Of a stretch of DNA of 64,000 bases, positions 41,294-50,722 are shown piece after piece. The DNA is from a virus. Taxonomy: Duplodnaviria > Caudoviricetes. The stretch lies in the IMG/VR virus record IMGVR_UViG_2974671799_000001, positions 32,001-96,000 of that record. One strand, written 5' to 3'. Made by a program: the position numbers and the translations under genes. The notes under the pieces are model-generated. The model worked only from the letters and a program-made list of their open reading frames with translations. It searched no databases and was not told the DNA's origin. How positions within the stretch are numbered: the first letter of the stretch is position 1; each line of letters opens with the position of its first letter.

Positions 41294-41986
41294 TTATACT
41301 ACTTGTTCCGCATCTGTTACTACAACTTCTTCTTCACCTTCATGCTTTTTTATCGGTGCATCAGCATCAACCAATCCCAACTCTAAAATATACTTTTTGA
41401 TTTTACCTTCAATCATGTTCGCGGCTTCTGCAATCATTTTCACCTTAACATCTAAATACCAAACTGACGCGTAAACAGATTTCATGTTTTCACGAATGAT
41501 TTTTAATTCTTTCGCTTCTTTTAATGTTTTGAAAGTTAATTTACTCCATAATTCAGATACTTTTCTAACTTGCTCTAAAGAAAGTGTAATAGCATCTTTT
41601 TCAGGGTCAACACCATCAAACATTTCAGAAATAGTAATGAAATTATCTAAATTCTCAACACCTTTAGAAAATGATTGGTAGTAACGAACATCTTCACATA
41701 AAACCTTTAATGCTTTTAACGGTAAACCTCTTAATAAAATCGGAATAGATTCTGTTGCAACCTTCTCAGAATTATATACCTTATATAATTCATTAATAAC
41801 ATTATCCTTTCCATGTTCTTTAATAAAATCAACACCTGCCATTGGTTCGAAAACCTCTCTTACTTCATCTTCAATATGTTGAATAAGTTCGTTCGCATAC
41901 TCTTGTGTTAATTCTCTTGTTACTTCAATTGCTCCTGTTTCTGCATTAATAACTGGCTCTAAAACAGCCTTTGCTTCTGTACTCAT
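41294..41986 (-). CDS. Hypothetical helical protein
   Basis: 230-aa ORF downstream of a GTAAAA-N12-GGTTATATTAA element. Confidence 0.7.
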   Translation of the reverse strand: MSTEAKAVLEPVINAETGAIEVTRELTQEYANELIQHIEDEVREVFEPMAGVDFIKEHGKDNVINELYKVYNSEKVATESIPILLRGLPLKALKVLCEDVRYYQSFSKGVENLDNFITISEMFDGVDPEKDAITLSLEQVRKVSELWSKLTFKTLKEAKELKIIRENMKSVYASVWYLDVKVKMIAEAANMIEGKIKKYILELGLVDADAPIKKHEGEEEVVVTDAEQVV

Positions 41987-42065
41987 AATTTAAAAATTTA
42001 ATAAGTTAATAATATAATTTGTTTTTACATATTAATATAACCATTGAAATTAATTTTTACCATAT

Positions 42066-42596
42066 TTAAAATACAAAAAACGACAAAATAAAATACAAAA
42101 ATAGCATACCTGTTGAAAATAAGATACTTACTATAAGTTCATTTAAAGATATTCTAAAAGAGCTTAACCAAGAAGGTATTAAATCAACAATATAAACCTT
42201 TGAACTTGGTTGAATAACTTTCAAACTTGTTTCTCTCGCTAATTCTCTAGCTAGACCTTCTTTAAGCATTTCATTAATACCTTGCATTATATAAACCCTT
42301 TGAGTTCCTGTAGATATATTAGTGACAGCACCTTCAACTAATTGAAAAGATTCTAAAATACCTGTTCTAATCTCATCACCTATAAATGGTATTTTGAAAG
42401 GTAATTTAATAGTATGGTCATAAAACCCATGTTCATACAATTCATTTGTTAAATCATCTGACGAGTTTATCAATCTAAAAATCTTTTTTCGTTGTCTTAA
42501 ATACCTACTAGATGCAAGTATAAAATTAAACAACGCTAACGGTAAAAACCAATATATAAAATATGTTTTCACCTTGTACCAAAATGTTTGCTTCAT
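42066..42596 (-). CDS. Two-TM membrane protein
   Basis: N- and C-terminal hydrophobic helices. Confidence 0.65.
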   Translation of the reverse strand: MKQTFWYKVKTYFIYWFLPLALFNFILASSRYLRQRKKIFRLINSSDDLTNELYEHGFYDHTIKLPFKIPFIGDEIRTGILESFQLVEGAVTNISTGTQRVYIMQGINEMLKEGLARELARETSLKVIQPSSKVYIVDLIPSWLSSFRISLNELIVSILFSTGMLFLYFILSFFVF

Positions 42597-42609
42597 AATT
42601 TGTTAATTT

Positions 42610-43422
42610 TTATTCGTTTTGTAATTTCTTTTTTAAATTTTCAGGGAAATTATCACCAACAATTAACTCACCAACTGGTTTATTAATTTTTTCTAAATCA
42701 GTATATGAAATTACAGACTTAATAACATCACCTTTTTTTGTCATATTTACTGGAATACCTATACCACCCTCGTAAATACCATCACCACTTTCATCAACAT
42801 CACCACTTAAAGATGAGTTCAAATTAAATGATGGATATTGTAATTTAACATTCATCGCTAAAATAGAATTATGACTAGACATTTCTTCAAAATCCTCAAA
42901 ATTAGTAATCTCATTATATTCAGGGTCATGGTCTGTTGTTTCCATTACAATAGTTCCTTCCATATTCTTACCCATGTATTTGAAATTAAAAGGTTTGTTT
43001 TTATAAACACCGTTCATCATATATTCAACAAATGATAAATACTGAAAAATGTCAGTACCCAAAAATGTACCTTCCATCCTAATTTCACAAGGATAATGTT
43101 GTACTTCACCTGTGTACTCTTGTTCGAAACCATTATGCTTTAGTGTTATAGCACCTTGTGTTTCGTTTGTTTTTTCATCTTCATTTATCGAAACCCCCCT
43201 GAAATGTAAAACCAAAGCAGGAAGTATAATTTTTTCTGTCTTTGAAACTTCTTTAATCTCGTTAGAATGAACTTCCATATAAGCCCTATCACCTGAATTT
43301 TGAATATAAACTGGAAAATCTTGATGTTTGGATAAGTTTGAAACGAAACCGTAATTTTTAAATAATGTTTTCATTTCAGAAACCATAGCTATAATAGCTT
43401 TTTCAAAATATGTGTATTTCAT
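42610..43422 (-). CDS. Tail terminator/sheath stabiliser, T4 gp15-like
   Basis: TLFKN, PVYI, ILPALVLHFRGVSI, YPCEI blocks resemble gp15. Confidence 0.55.
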   Translation of the reverse strand: MKYTYFEKAIIAMVSEMKTLFKNYGFVSNLSKHQDFPVYIQNSGDRAYMEVHSNEIKEVSKTEKIILPALVLHFRGVSINEDEKTNETQGAITLKHNGFEQEYTGEVQHYPCEIRMEGTFLGTDIFQYLSFVEYMMNGVYKNKPFNFKYMGKNMEGTIVMETTDHDPEYNEITNFEDFEEMSSHNSILAMNVKLQYPSFNLNSSLSGDVDESGDGIYEGGIGIPVNMTKKGDVIKSVISYTDLEKINKPVGELIVGDNFPENLKKKLQNE

Positions 43423-43445
43423 TGTTGTAATGTTTATTGTTTACT

Positions 43446-43865
43446 CTATTTATCCATAGAGTTTAAATCAATATCCATTCTCCTAGATAAATCATTCACT
43501 AATATGTTTCTATATTGTGAAATTAGCTTCTCGAAATAGTATTGTTCGCCAAAACCGAAATATGTTATAATTACATCGAATATTTCAACAGAATCAATCC
43601 TATTTGAAAAAGCACCATACAAATCACCAAAAATTTGATTTGCAACTAATGGGTTTTTTATCCTAATTTGTTCACTTCGTAAAGTCTCTATATAAGGTGA
43701 ATATCTATAGTCATTCTGTTGTAAATATTCGAATAAAAATGATGTATCACTTTTATCAGAAAAATCACCAACAGTATTACTAATCTCTATATGTGTTGAT
43801 TTATCAAAAGTTTCCGTTATATGTGATAAATCTATGCCATCATCAACTAATTGTTTATGTCTCAT
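43446..43865 (-). CDS. Hypothetical protein
   Basis: 139-aa ORF. Confidence 0.65.
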   Translation of the reverse strand: MRHKQLVDDGIDLSHITETFDKSTHIEISNTVGDFSDKSDTSFLFEYLQQNDYRYSPYIETLRSEQIRIKNPLVANQIFGDLYGAFSNRIDSVEIFDVIITYFGFGEQYYFEKLISQYRNILVNDLSRRMDIDLNSMDK

Positions 43866-43921
43866 GAAAAAATGTCTTTTTAATTACTATATTAATATAA
43901 CAATTAAAAAGACATTTTACC

Positions 43922-45517
43922 TTATTCTTTTGGTCGCATACATCTTGGAATCTCATTCATGAAATCCGAACGACCTTTAATATCAATCTTCTTTTCTCTT
44001 ACTGGGAATTTTCGTTTTTCATAGATATGCTTCCTTTCAGTTAAGTGTTTAGCATAACTATTTATTCGACTACCACCCCAATTATGATTATGTTTCCTAA
44101 ATAAAACAGAGAAATCATTTACAATAGCTTTTAACTTCTTTGGATGTAATCTCAATACACGACCTATAGACTGTCTAACCCTAGTTACAGAAATAGTAGA
44201 ATCCACTAAATTAATACCACCTAATAACTTAATAGAAACACCAGTTGAAAGGATTTCATACATTGAATATAAATAACAACCTTCATTATTTTTCATGTAA
44301 TTAAGAATGTAATCGCGTTCTTTACGTTTCGTATCACCATGAATGATGAAAACCTTCTTATCAGAACCGATACTATCTAAATACTCCTGCATTTCCGAAG
44401 CCATCTTTTTAAGAAAATCCTTTGTATTAAATAATAATACTTGATTGTAATCACCTTGCGCAACAATCCTATTCACTAATTGACGATACATAGGGATTCC
44501 TTGGATATAGTTTGATTCAAATAAAAATCTCCCTTGCTCATTTTCGTTATCAGGATGCGTGTAAAAGTCTCTACATAAATTATAGTCACCAACAAATTGA
44601 AAAGAATTTATCTCACATGGTGTAATTGTACCTTTTTCTTTCAAGTCTTCAACATACAATTTAATCAAAATAGAACCCAAATATGCATTCTCTGTAACTG
44701 CTTTATACTCGTCATAATTAGACGAACCATTATCTTTTGTTTCGAAAGTACCACTTAATGAAATAATATTTTCACAATTACTACTTAATAACATAGCATT
44801 AAGAACCTTTTGGGTTGAATTATTTTGAACTTTGTGTGCCTCATCAACTATAATAGTTCCGAATTGATTAAACCAAGATAACGGTTTCTTAACAACAGTA
44901 TCAATATTTCCAACAACAACTGTAGAATTTTCATACTCTACACCACCACCCATAACCTCGTCACAAATTGTCAATTCATGCGCACTTGAATAATCTTTAA
45001 AATCTTGTGGTAACTGACGAACTAATTCTGTTCTAGGAACTAAAACTAAAACTTTTAAGTTTCTTTTAGCTTCTTCTTTTTGCCACCTTTCTAGTAAATA
45101 GCGACAGTATAAATAAATTATGAATGACTTACCTGCCGAGGTGTCTAAAAGTAGCCTACAATGTCTATAATTTATTGCAATTTTCAATGCATTAAATTGA
45201 TAGTCATATGGTAAGAAATTCAAATCATCTTTTGATTGTAACCATTCAGTCAACTCATCTGTTTTAACTGTATTTTTAAGGTATTCTCCTATGTTGGTTA
45301 TCTCTACATTATACCCCATCTTTTTAAGACCCAAAACAGATATATAGAACCCTGCGGGTATTAAGTTACCATTGTGAAGAAATTTACAATATTCATCTGA
45401 TTTCTTTTCATATGAATATCGTTTTCCTGTTGTCATTGTTGATAGTTGGTCATATTCTAAAGATGTTGCTTTTATAATTTTTAGAAACTTAAAGTTTCGA
45501 ACAAATTTTAATTTCAT
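43922..45517 (-). CDS. uvsW: SF2 DNA helicase, UvsW-like
   Basis: PYDYQ, TSAGKS, IVDEAH, SGT, STGVS, QSIGRVLR. Confidence 0.9.
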   Translation of the reverse strand: MKLKFVRNFKFLKIIKATSLEYDQLSTMTTGKRYSYEKKSDEYCKFLHNGNLIPAGFYISVLGLKKMGYNVEITNIGEYLKNTVKTDELTEWLQSKDDLNFLPYDYQFNALKIAINYRHCRLLLDTSAGKSFIIYLYCRYLLERWQKEEAKRNLKVLVLVPRTELVRQLPQDFKDYSSAHELTICDEVMGGGVEYENSTVVVGNIDTVVKKPLSWFNQFGTIIVDEAHKVQNNSTQKVLNAMLLSSNCENIISLSGTFETKDNGSSNYDEYKAVTENAYLGSILIKLYVEDLKEKGTITPCEINSFQFVGDYNLCRDFYTHPDNENEQGRFLFESNYIQGIPMYRQLVNRIVAQGDYNQVLLFNTKDFLKKMASEMQEYLDSIGSDKKVFIIHGDTKRKERDYILNYMKNNEGCYLYSMYEILSTGVSIKLLGGINLVDSTISVTRVRQSIGRVLRLHPKKLKAIVNDFSVLFRKHNHNWGGSRINSYAKHLTERKHIYEKRKFPVREKKIDIKGRSDFMNEIPRCMRPKE

Positions 45518-45534
45518 ATAATAGACCGTTTATA

Positions 45535-45568
45535 AAAGAAGCTCGCTTAAATATAAGCGAGCTTCTTT
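45535..45568 (-). terminator. Intrinsic terminator after ssb
   Basis: AAAGAAGCTCGCTTA/TAAGCGAGCTTCTTT stem. Confidence 0.8.
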
Positions 45569-45590
45569 TTAATTTCAAAAATGTCATTTT

Positions 45591-46739
45591 TTATTGTGCA
45601 TCCATAGCTTGCTCAACAATACTATCTAATTCGGTTTCATTAACCGTTTCACCAGTTGTTTCACCTGCTTGTGTATCACCACTTTCAGAACCTTCTGCAC
45701 CTTCCGCACCTTCATCTGTGGCAACATCACCTGAAATAGTCATTGGTTCACCCGCCTTGAACTTATTAACTAATAAAGTCACGTTTTTAACTTTATCTTC
45801 ACTTGGCTCATTGTAACCATAATCAGCGTGTTTTGGAGTATCTTCGTGACCTAAGTACTTTAATACTCTCTGTAACTTAGCTAATAATGATGGAACACCT
45901 TGGAAGTTCTTTTGAGCGTATGCAGTTCTTTCTTCTGCCGTTAATTCGATTTTTTCATAATCATAAACTTCTTGCTCTTTTTCACCAATAGTTATCTTCT
46001 TTGTAATATAGTTTCCTTCTGCATCTTCTTTTGGTGCAAAGAATACCATATACCCTACAGACTTTGTGAATTTAGAATCTTTAAAGTCGCGACCAGTTAC
46101 TGTAGAACCGTCAGGTTTTGGAATTTGCTTAACTCCTGCAACTAAACGTAATGCTTGACCTTCGAAAATGTCATAAACATTGTTAGCAACTACTCCATCC
46201 TCTTCAATCTCTTCTTTTGTTGGTTCGATTGTTTTCTTGATTAAATCTTCAACCTCTTCAACAATTCTTAAAGGCATGATTTGTCCTTCTAACTCAGGTC
46301 TAGAATCAAATTTGATAACTTGAACTAAAACAACTCTTGGTTTTTTGAATTGGAAGTGCTTTCTGAATCGCTCTTCATCAACCTTGTTACCTTTACAATC
46401 TTTCCATAAATCAGCTACAATACAAGTGTTATCATTCCATCCAAAAGACTTCAATGAATCAAACATAAAGTTTCTGTTTGAACACTCTGTAACGATTTTA
46501 TAAGATACTTTTGATAAGATGTTTTTAGCTTTAGCATCAGGATTCTTAATTAATTTAACATAACAAGAATCTTTATTATCTGCTCTACCTTGTGGGTTTA
46601 ACTCTAAGTAAGGTGTGAAATTTTTAGACTCATATTCATCTTCTTGTAAAGTTTCTGCAATTTCAGAAGCAGTTGTTCCGAACATTGATAAGTCAAATAA
46701 GTTTTCTTCTACTACTGGGTTTGTGTTTTCTGTACTCAT
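45591..46739 (-). CDS. gp32: Single-stranded DNA-binding protein, T4 gp32-like
   Basis: CIVADLW, PELEGQI, VYDIFEGQALRL, RDFKDSKF, acidic C-tail; adjacent to uvsW. Confidence 0.75.
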   Translation of the reverse strand: MSTENTNPVVEENLFDLSMFGTTASEIAETLQEDEYESKNFTPYLELNPQGRADNKDSCYVKLIKNPDAKAKNILSKVSYKIVTECSNRNFMFDSLKSFGWNDNTCIVADLWKDCKGNKVDEERFRKHFQFKKPRVVLVQVIKFDSRPELEGQIMPLRIVEEVEDLIKKTIEPTKEEIEEDGVVANNVYDIFEGQALRLVAGVKQIPKPDGSTVTGRDFKDSKFTKSVGYMVFFAPKEDAEGNYITKKITIGEKEQEVYDYEKIELTAEERTAYAQKNFQGVPSLLAKLQRVLKYLGHEDTPKHADYGYNEPSEDKVKNVTLLVNKFKAGEPMTISGDVATDEGAEGAEGSESGDTQAGETTGETVNETELDSIVEQAMDAQ

Positions 46740-46976
46740 AAAAAATTAATTTAAAAATGTTATTAAAAATGTTTGTTAAAAAATATAAAAAATGTTTGTT
46801 TGATAAGACTTTTCAAGCCTCTTATTATATATAGTTTCACGATTAAAAAATTTGTGAACCTGTTTTTATGTGTTTCAGACTAATCATCGCATCAAACATA
46901 ACTTATTTATTGTTTCGGTTGTAAAGGTAATACTTTTTTCTAGTTTACCAAAATTATTTTTTGTAAAAATTACAAT

Positions 46977-47459
46977 TTATTCACAACAATCTACACATAC
47001 CGAATCATCACCATCCTCTGCTTGTTCTGATATTTCACACCACCAACCACATTCAGCACAATTGAAAATTTCATTATCAATTTTACCCAATTCATCAATG
47101 TTTAATTCAAAACAGTCTATATGTTGAGTTTCACAAGCTTCATCCAAACTCTTACAAGTGCCTTGTAACTCATCAACTAATGTTGTTAAACAAAGATATG
47201 GTTTCCATGTTTCAACATTTTCTGATGGTAAATTATCACCAGTTCCCTCAACACCATGCTCAACAGAATCATCATTTATGTTAGGTATTAATTTGAAAAC
47301 ATCTTCTGTGATGTTATATGTTGCATAGTGCTTATTACCATCTTTAGTTTTAATTTCTACTATGGATGAGTAAACATTGTCTTTTCCTGAAAATAATTCA
47401 AAGTTTGATTCCTCTATAGGATATTCACCATTTTGGTCAAATTTACGCTCTTTAATCAT
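46977..47459 (-). CDS. Hypothetical protein with C-terminal Zn ribbon
   Basis: CAECGWWC...CVDC; promoter 47480-47510. Confidence 0.65.
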   Translation of the reverse strand: MIKERKFDQNGEYPIEESNFELFSGKDNVYSSIVEIKTKDGNKHYATYNITEDVFKLIPNINDDSVEHGVEGTGDNLPSENVETWKPYLCLTTLVDELQGTCKSLDEACETQHIDCFELNIDELGKIDNEIFNCAECGWWCEISEQAEDGDDSVCVDCCE

Positions 47460-47527
47460 ATCTATATGTTTTTATGTTGCAAATATAAAACAATTATTTG
47501 ATTTTACAAGTTTTTAATTACAATTTC

Positions 47528-47910
47528 TATAAGAATTTTTTAAACCTCTCTCCGCGCTTTTATTTATGTTATTTGTATTTATAATATATAAAAGAAAATG
47601 CACCTAGGTACATTTTTACTGATTTTCTTTAAATAAAAAATTCGTTTTATTGAGAATATGATAAAGAAATTGTTAAAATATTGTCGCTACAGCAAGGTTT
47701 GTATATGTCGTAAATTTTTCGGGTGTAAATGTTTAAAATTAAACAAATTTTAGAAATTTGTTAAATTCTTATAAAACGTTGTAAATCATTTACTTAAAAG
47801 TGTAATTGAAAATGTTAAAAAATTGGTCATGTTAAATATTTTACGTATGTGATTTTTAACAATTTTAACAAAATTTTAACATTTTATTTTTGTGCTAAAA
47901 TAAAAAGTGT
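47528..47910. repeat. Non-coding element, about 385 bp, copy 2
   Basis: Same orientation and colinear with 28333-28718. Confidence 0.9.
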
Positions 47911-48074
47911 CGAAAAATAAAAATCCGTTTTAAGGGATTAAAAATAATATTATATACTAAATATATAAAAATATATTAAAGTGTCTTAAAACGGCTAAAA
48001 TAGCTTTAAATTTTATTATATGGTAAAATAAAAGCCTCGTAAAACGAGGCTTAAACAAATTATTATGAAGCAAA

Positions 48075-48464
48075 TTAGATATGTTTATTTTTTTCCTTAA
48101 AAAGTTTATAAACATTATCTAAATATTCTATAGTTAACTTTTCTTTCTTAACCAATCTATTGGCTACGAATAAAGCCATGATTCTAGTTGAGTAAGTAAA
48201 AATACTTGAATCCATCATTCTAAGTTTACAATAAATTGCTATAACTTCTTCTAAAGGAGTCCAATAGTAAATTCTTACTTGATGATAAGGTAACTTTAAA
48301 AAGTCTATAATATCACTATACCAATCAAATTTCTTGTATAGTGGTCTTTGCGCTTGGTATAATCCGAATACCAAAATAGCTATGAAAGCTAATTTACCTA
48401 AAATTACATACATTGTGTATGGTAGGTAATCTAATATATTGTTAATTAAGTTAATTATTTCCAT
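48075..48464 (-). CDS. Membrane-anchored hypothetical protein
   Basis: N-terminal TM; terminator about 48032-48052. Confidence 0.6.
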   Translation of the reverse strand: MEIINLINNILDYLPYTMYVILGKLAFIAILVFGLYQAQRPLYKKFDWYSDIIDFLKLPYHQVRIYYWTPLEEVIAIYCKLRMMDSSIFTYSTRIMALFVANRLVKKEKLTIEYLDNVYKLFKEKNKHI

Positions 48465-48934
48465 TCAAAATCTATATTAAAAAATTCATCTTCATTTTCG
48501 TTTATATCAGCGTTATGAGTTCCTTTCATTTTATTAAGAATCTCAATCATTTTTCTACATGGTAGGTTTGTTCTATAAACCTTAACCTCATGGTCGGGAT
48601 TTGATAAAAGAACTGATAAAACACCATGTGTTCCATCAGCAATTCCATAATCTTTTGAAACTAAATATGTTCTATCTAATCCAATTCCTTTTTTAGCCAT
48701 CTTTTTAACCTTTTCCATGTTAACTTCACATTGAATAGGTTTAAGTTTACTTACAGGAACTTTCATTTCCTTAATCTTATATTTCCTAGCAAAATGCATT
48801 AGGAACTGTGGGAAATTTTCTTTAGGTAATTGGGGCATTTTTATACGCTTAATACCTTGACCTTTTTTAAGCCAATCATCAACGTTGAAATCTCCAACTT
48901 TGAGTGCTTCTGTTAAATATTGTATTACATCCAT
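48455..48934 (-). CDS. ParB/Srx-like domain protein
   Basis: VSKLKPIQ.EVN..KV, YLVSKD..IADGTH. Confidence 0.65.
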   Translation of the reverse strand: MDVIQYLTEALKVGDFNVDDWLKKGQGIKRIKMPQLPKENFPQFLMHFARKYKIKEMKVPVSKLKPIQCEVNMEKVKKMAKKGIGLDRTYLVSKDYGIADGTHGVLSVLLSNPDHEVKVYRTNLPCRKMIEILNKMKGTHNADINENEDEFFNIDFEWK

Positions 48935-48935
48935 T

Positions 48936-49523
48936 TTAACTATTTATTTCTATTAAAGCAACAGCATCAACAATATCATCTATCTTTGCTGTTTTTATTT
49001 TCTGAATTAATTTTGGTAAATGTGGTCTTTTATTATACTCTTCAAACATTTCATCTTTACTAGCTCTACCATTTCCTGTGAATGCCTTCTTTAAACTAGA
49101 AGGTGGATATCCTTTAAAGTTACCTATATTAAAAATAGATAATAACTTGCGTCTGATTATCGCATTTGTTATCGGAATTTCAAGTGATGCTTGACCTTTT
49201 GATTGTAAAGATGGTCTTTCAAAGAATAATAAAACATCATCATTTGAAATTTTATAAATGTCTTTAAACTCTATAATTTTCATTAGTATTTTATCAGCTA
49301 ATGATTCATATGACATTAATTTAACCATATCCATATCAATATGTGAAAAATCTTTTGGTAAACGTCTATTATAAACAATATATTCTACACCTTCTATAAT
49401 TTTATTACCTTTTAATTCTTCATCAACAAAAAGAAATAACTTCTTATAACCATCGATATCTATACAAACCCCTGTTGATTTAATTGACATATCCAAACCA
49501 ACTTTCATAATTTTTTTACCCAT
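48936..49523 (-). CDS. ruvC: RuvC-like Holliday junction resolvase
   Basis: VGLDMSIKSTG, FFE, KKAFTGNGRASK, DDIVDA. Confidence 0.85.
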   Translation of the reverse strand: MGKKIMKVGLDMSIKSTGVCIDIDGYKKLFLFVDEELKGNKIIEGVEYIVYNRRLPKDFSHIDMDMVKLMSYESLADKILMKIIEFKDIYKISNDDVLLFFERPSLQSKGQASLEIPITNAIIRRKLLSIFNIGNFKGYPPSSLKKAFTGNGRASKDEMFEEYNKRPHLPKLIQKIKTAKIDDIVDAVALIEINS

Positions 49524-49896
49524 ATAAATTAGTATTTGTGTTTTTCATTATTAATTTCTTAACACTTGTAAAAAATGAATCAATATACTTCAATAATATA
49601 GGATTTTGTTTAAATCTATTATCGAATCGTTCAGGTTTATGTTTATTACAAAACATTGATTTACCAGTTAGCTTATCTATATCGACATAAATACGCGTAT
49701 GACATTCAAAACAACGCCAAGGTAAAAGACCATTACTCTCTTTATGTTTATCAACACAAAGGTTTTGATGTGACCATGAACCAATATTTCTAACAATATC
49801 TTTTCTTATCTCATCAACATCTGTTAACCTTTTTTTGTAATAAACTCTAAATGGTTTAGTCGCAAACCTTTCCTCGTTATCTTCCTTTTGACTCAT
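49516..49896 (-). CDS. Hypothetical protein with Zn-finger-like motif
   Basis: CFEC...CNKH. Confidence 0.6.
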   Translation of the reverse strand: MSQKEDNEERFATKPFRVYYKKRLTDVDEIRKDIVRNIGSWSHQNLCVDKHKESNGLLPWRCFECHTRIYVDIDKLTGKSMFCNKHKPERFDNRFKQNPILLKYIDSFFTSVKKLIMKNTNTNLYG

Positions 49897-50257
49897 TTAT
49901 ATACTTGTTAATCTTGTTCTTAAAATCAGTACTACTTGTATAATAACCTTTTTCATATTTGTTATTTTCATTCTCATAAACATCATCTGTTGAATTTAAA
50001 ATAATAATAAAATCATAAAACGATTCAGATTCATTTATTGAGAATTGAAGTGTATCTAATTTACTATTAACAGTTAACATACTTTTTATACCGTTATTTC
50101 TAGTACTAAATGTGACAACCTCATCACCGAAAGTTTCACCAACTAATTTTGAAATAGATTCAGAAATCTTTTCACATAGGTTTAACCCTATTTGTATATC
50201 AGAAGTTGATGGATGTGAAATCCGTTCAGCTTTAAAGTATTCTAATATTCCTTTCAT
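49877..50257 (-). CDS. Hypothetical protein
   Basis: 126-aa ORF, MKGILEYF N-terminus. Confidence 0.6.
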   Translation of the reverse strand: MKGILEYFKAERISHPSTSDIQIGLNLCEKISESISKLVGETFGDEVVTFSTRNNGIKSMLTVNSKLDTLQFSINESESFYDFIIILNSTDDVYENENNKYEKGYYTSSTDFKNKINKYINESKGR

Positions 50258-50268
50258 TTAATTTCTAA

Positions 50269-50652
50269 TTATTTAGTAAATCTATTTATACACATAATAA
50301 TATAACAAATCTTTTCTTTATTTACCTTATTTTCTTCTACAGAAAATCTATTCAAATTAGTCAAAATATTATAAGGTGTTATGAATAAACTGTTTACTAA
50401 AGCTTTACATACTACTTTATATATAGATTTATTACTATGTTTACTTAAAAGTCTATAATAAATATAGTCTGTTCCTAATGAATAACGTTTAGTTTTTAAA
50501 TAACTATAAACGAAATCAACATCACTACATTTAACACATTTTACTTTAAATTCACCATTATCAAAGGCTCTTAAAGCCTCTTTATATAATGGTTTAAAGA
50601 ATGATTCAAATAATTTTTGATTCATTCCCATTGCATTACGGGGATTTTGCAT
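50269..50652 (-). CDS. Hypothetical protein
   Basis: 127-aa ORF divergent from the tape measure gene. Confidence 0.6.
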   Translation of the reverse strand: MQNPRNAMGMNQKLFESFFKPLYKEALRAFDNGEFKVKCVKCSDVDFVYSYLKTKRYSLGTDYIYYRLLSKHSNKSIYKVVCKALVNSLFITPYNILTNLNRFSVEENKVNKEKICYIIMCINRFTK

Positions 50653-50699
50653 AACTGTTCGATTTTATTTTAAATATTTATCCTTTCAAGGATATATAA

Positions 50700-50707
50700 T
50701 ATAAATA
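50700..50707 (+). promoter_or_regulatory. T4-type late promoter
   Basis: TATAAATA 15 nt upstream of the tape measure ATG. Confidence 0.7.
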
Positions 50708-50722
50708 AAGACTGTAATTATT

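Noticed and set aside
28333-47910. DGR template/variable repeat pair or IS element
   Set aside because: Both copies are non-coding, differences are not adenine-specific, and no RT, transposase, terminal inverted repeats or target-site duplication was seen
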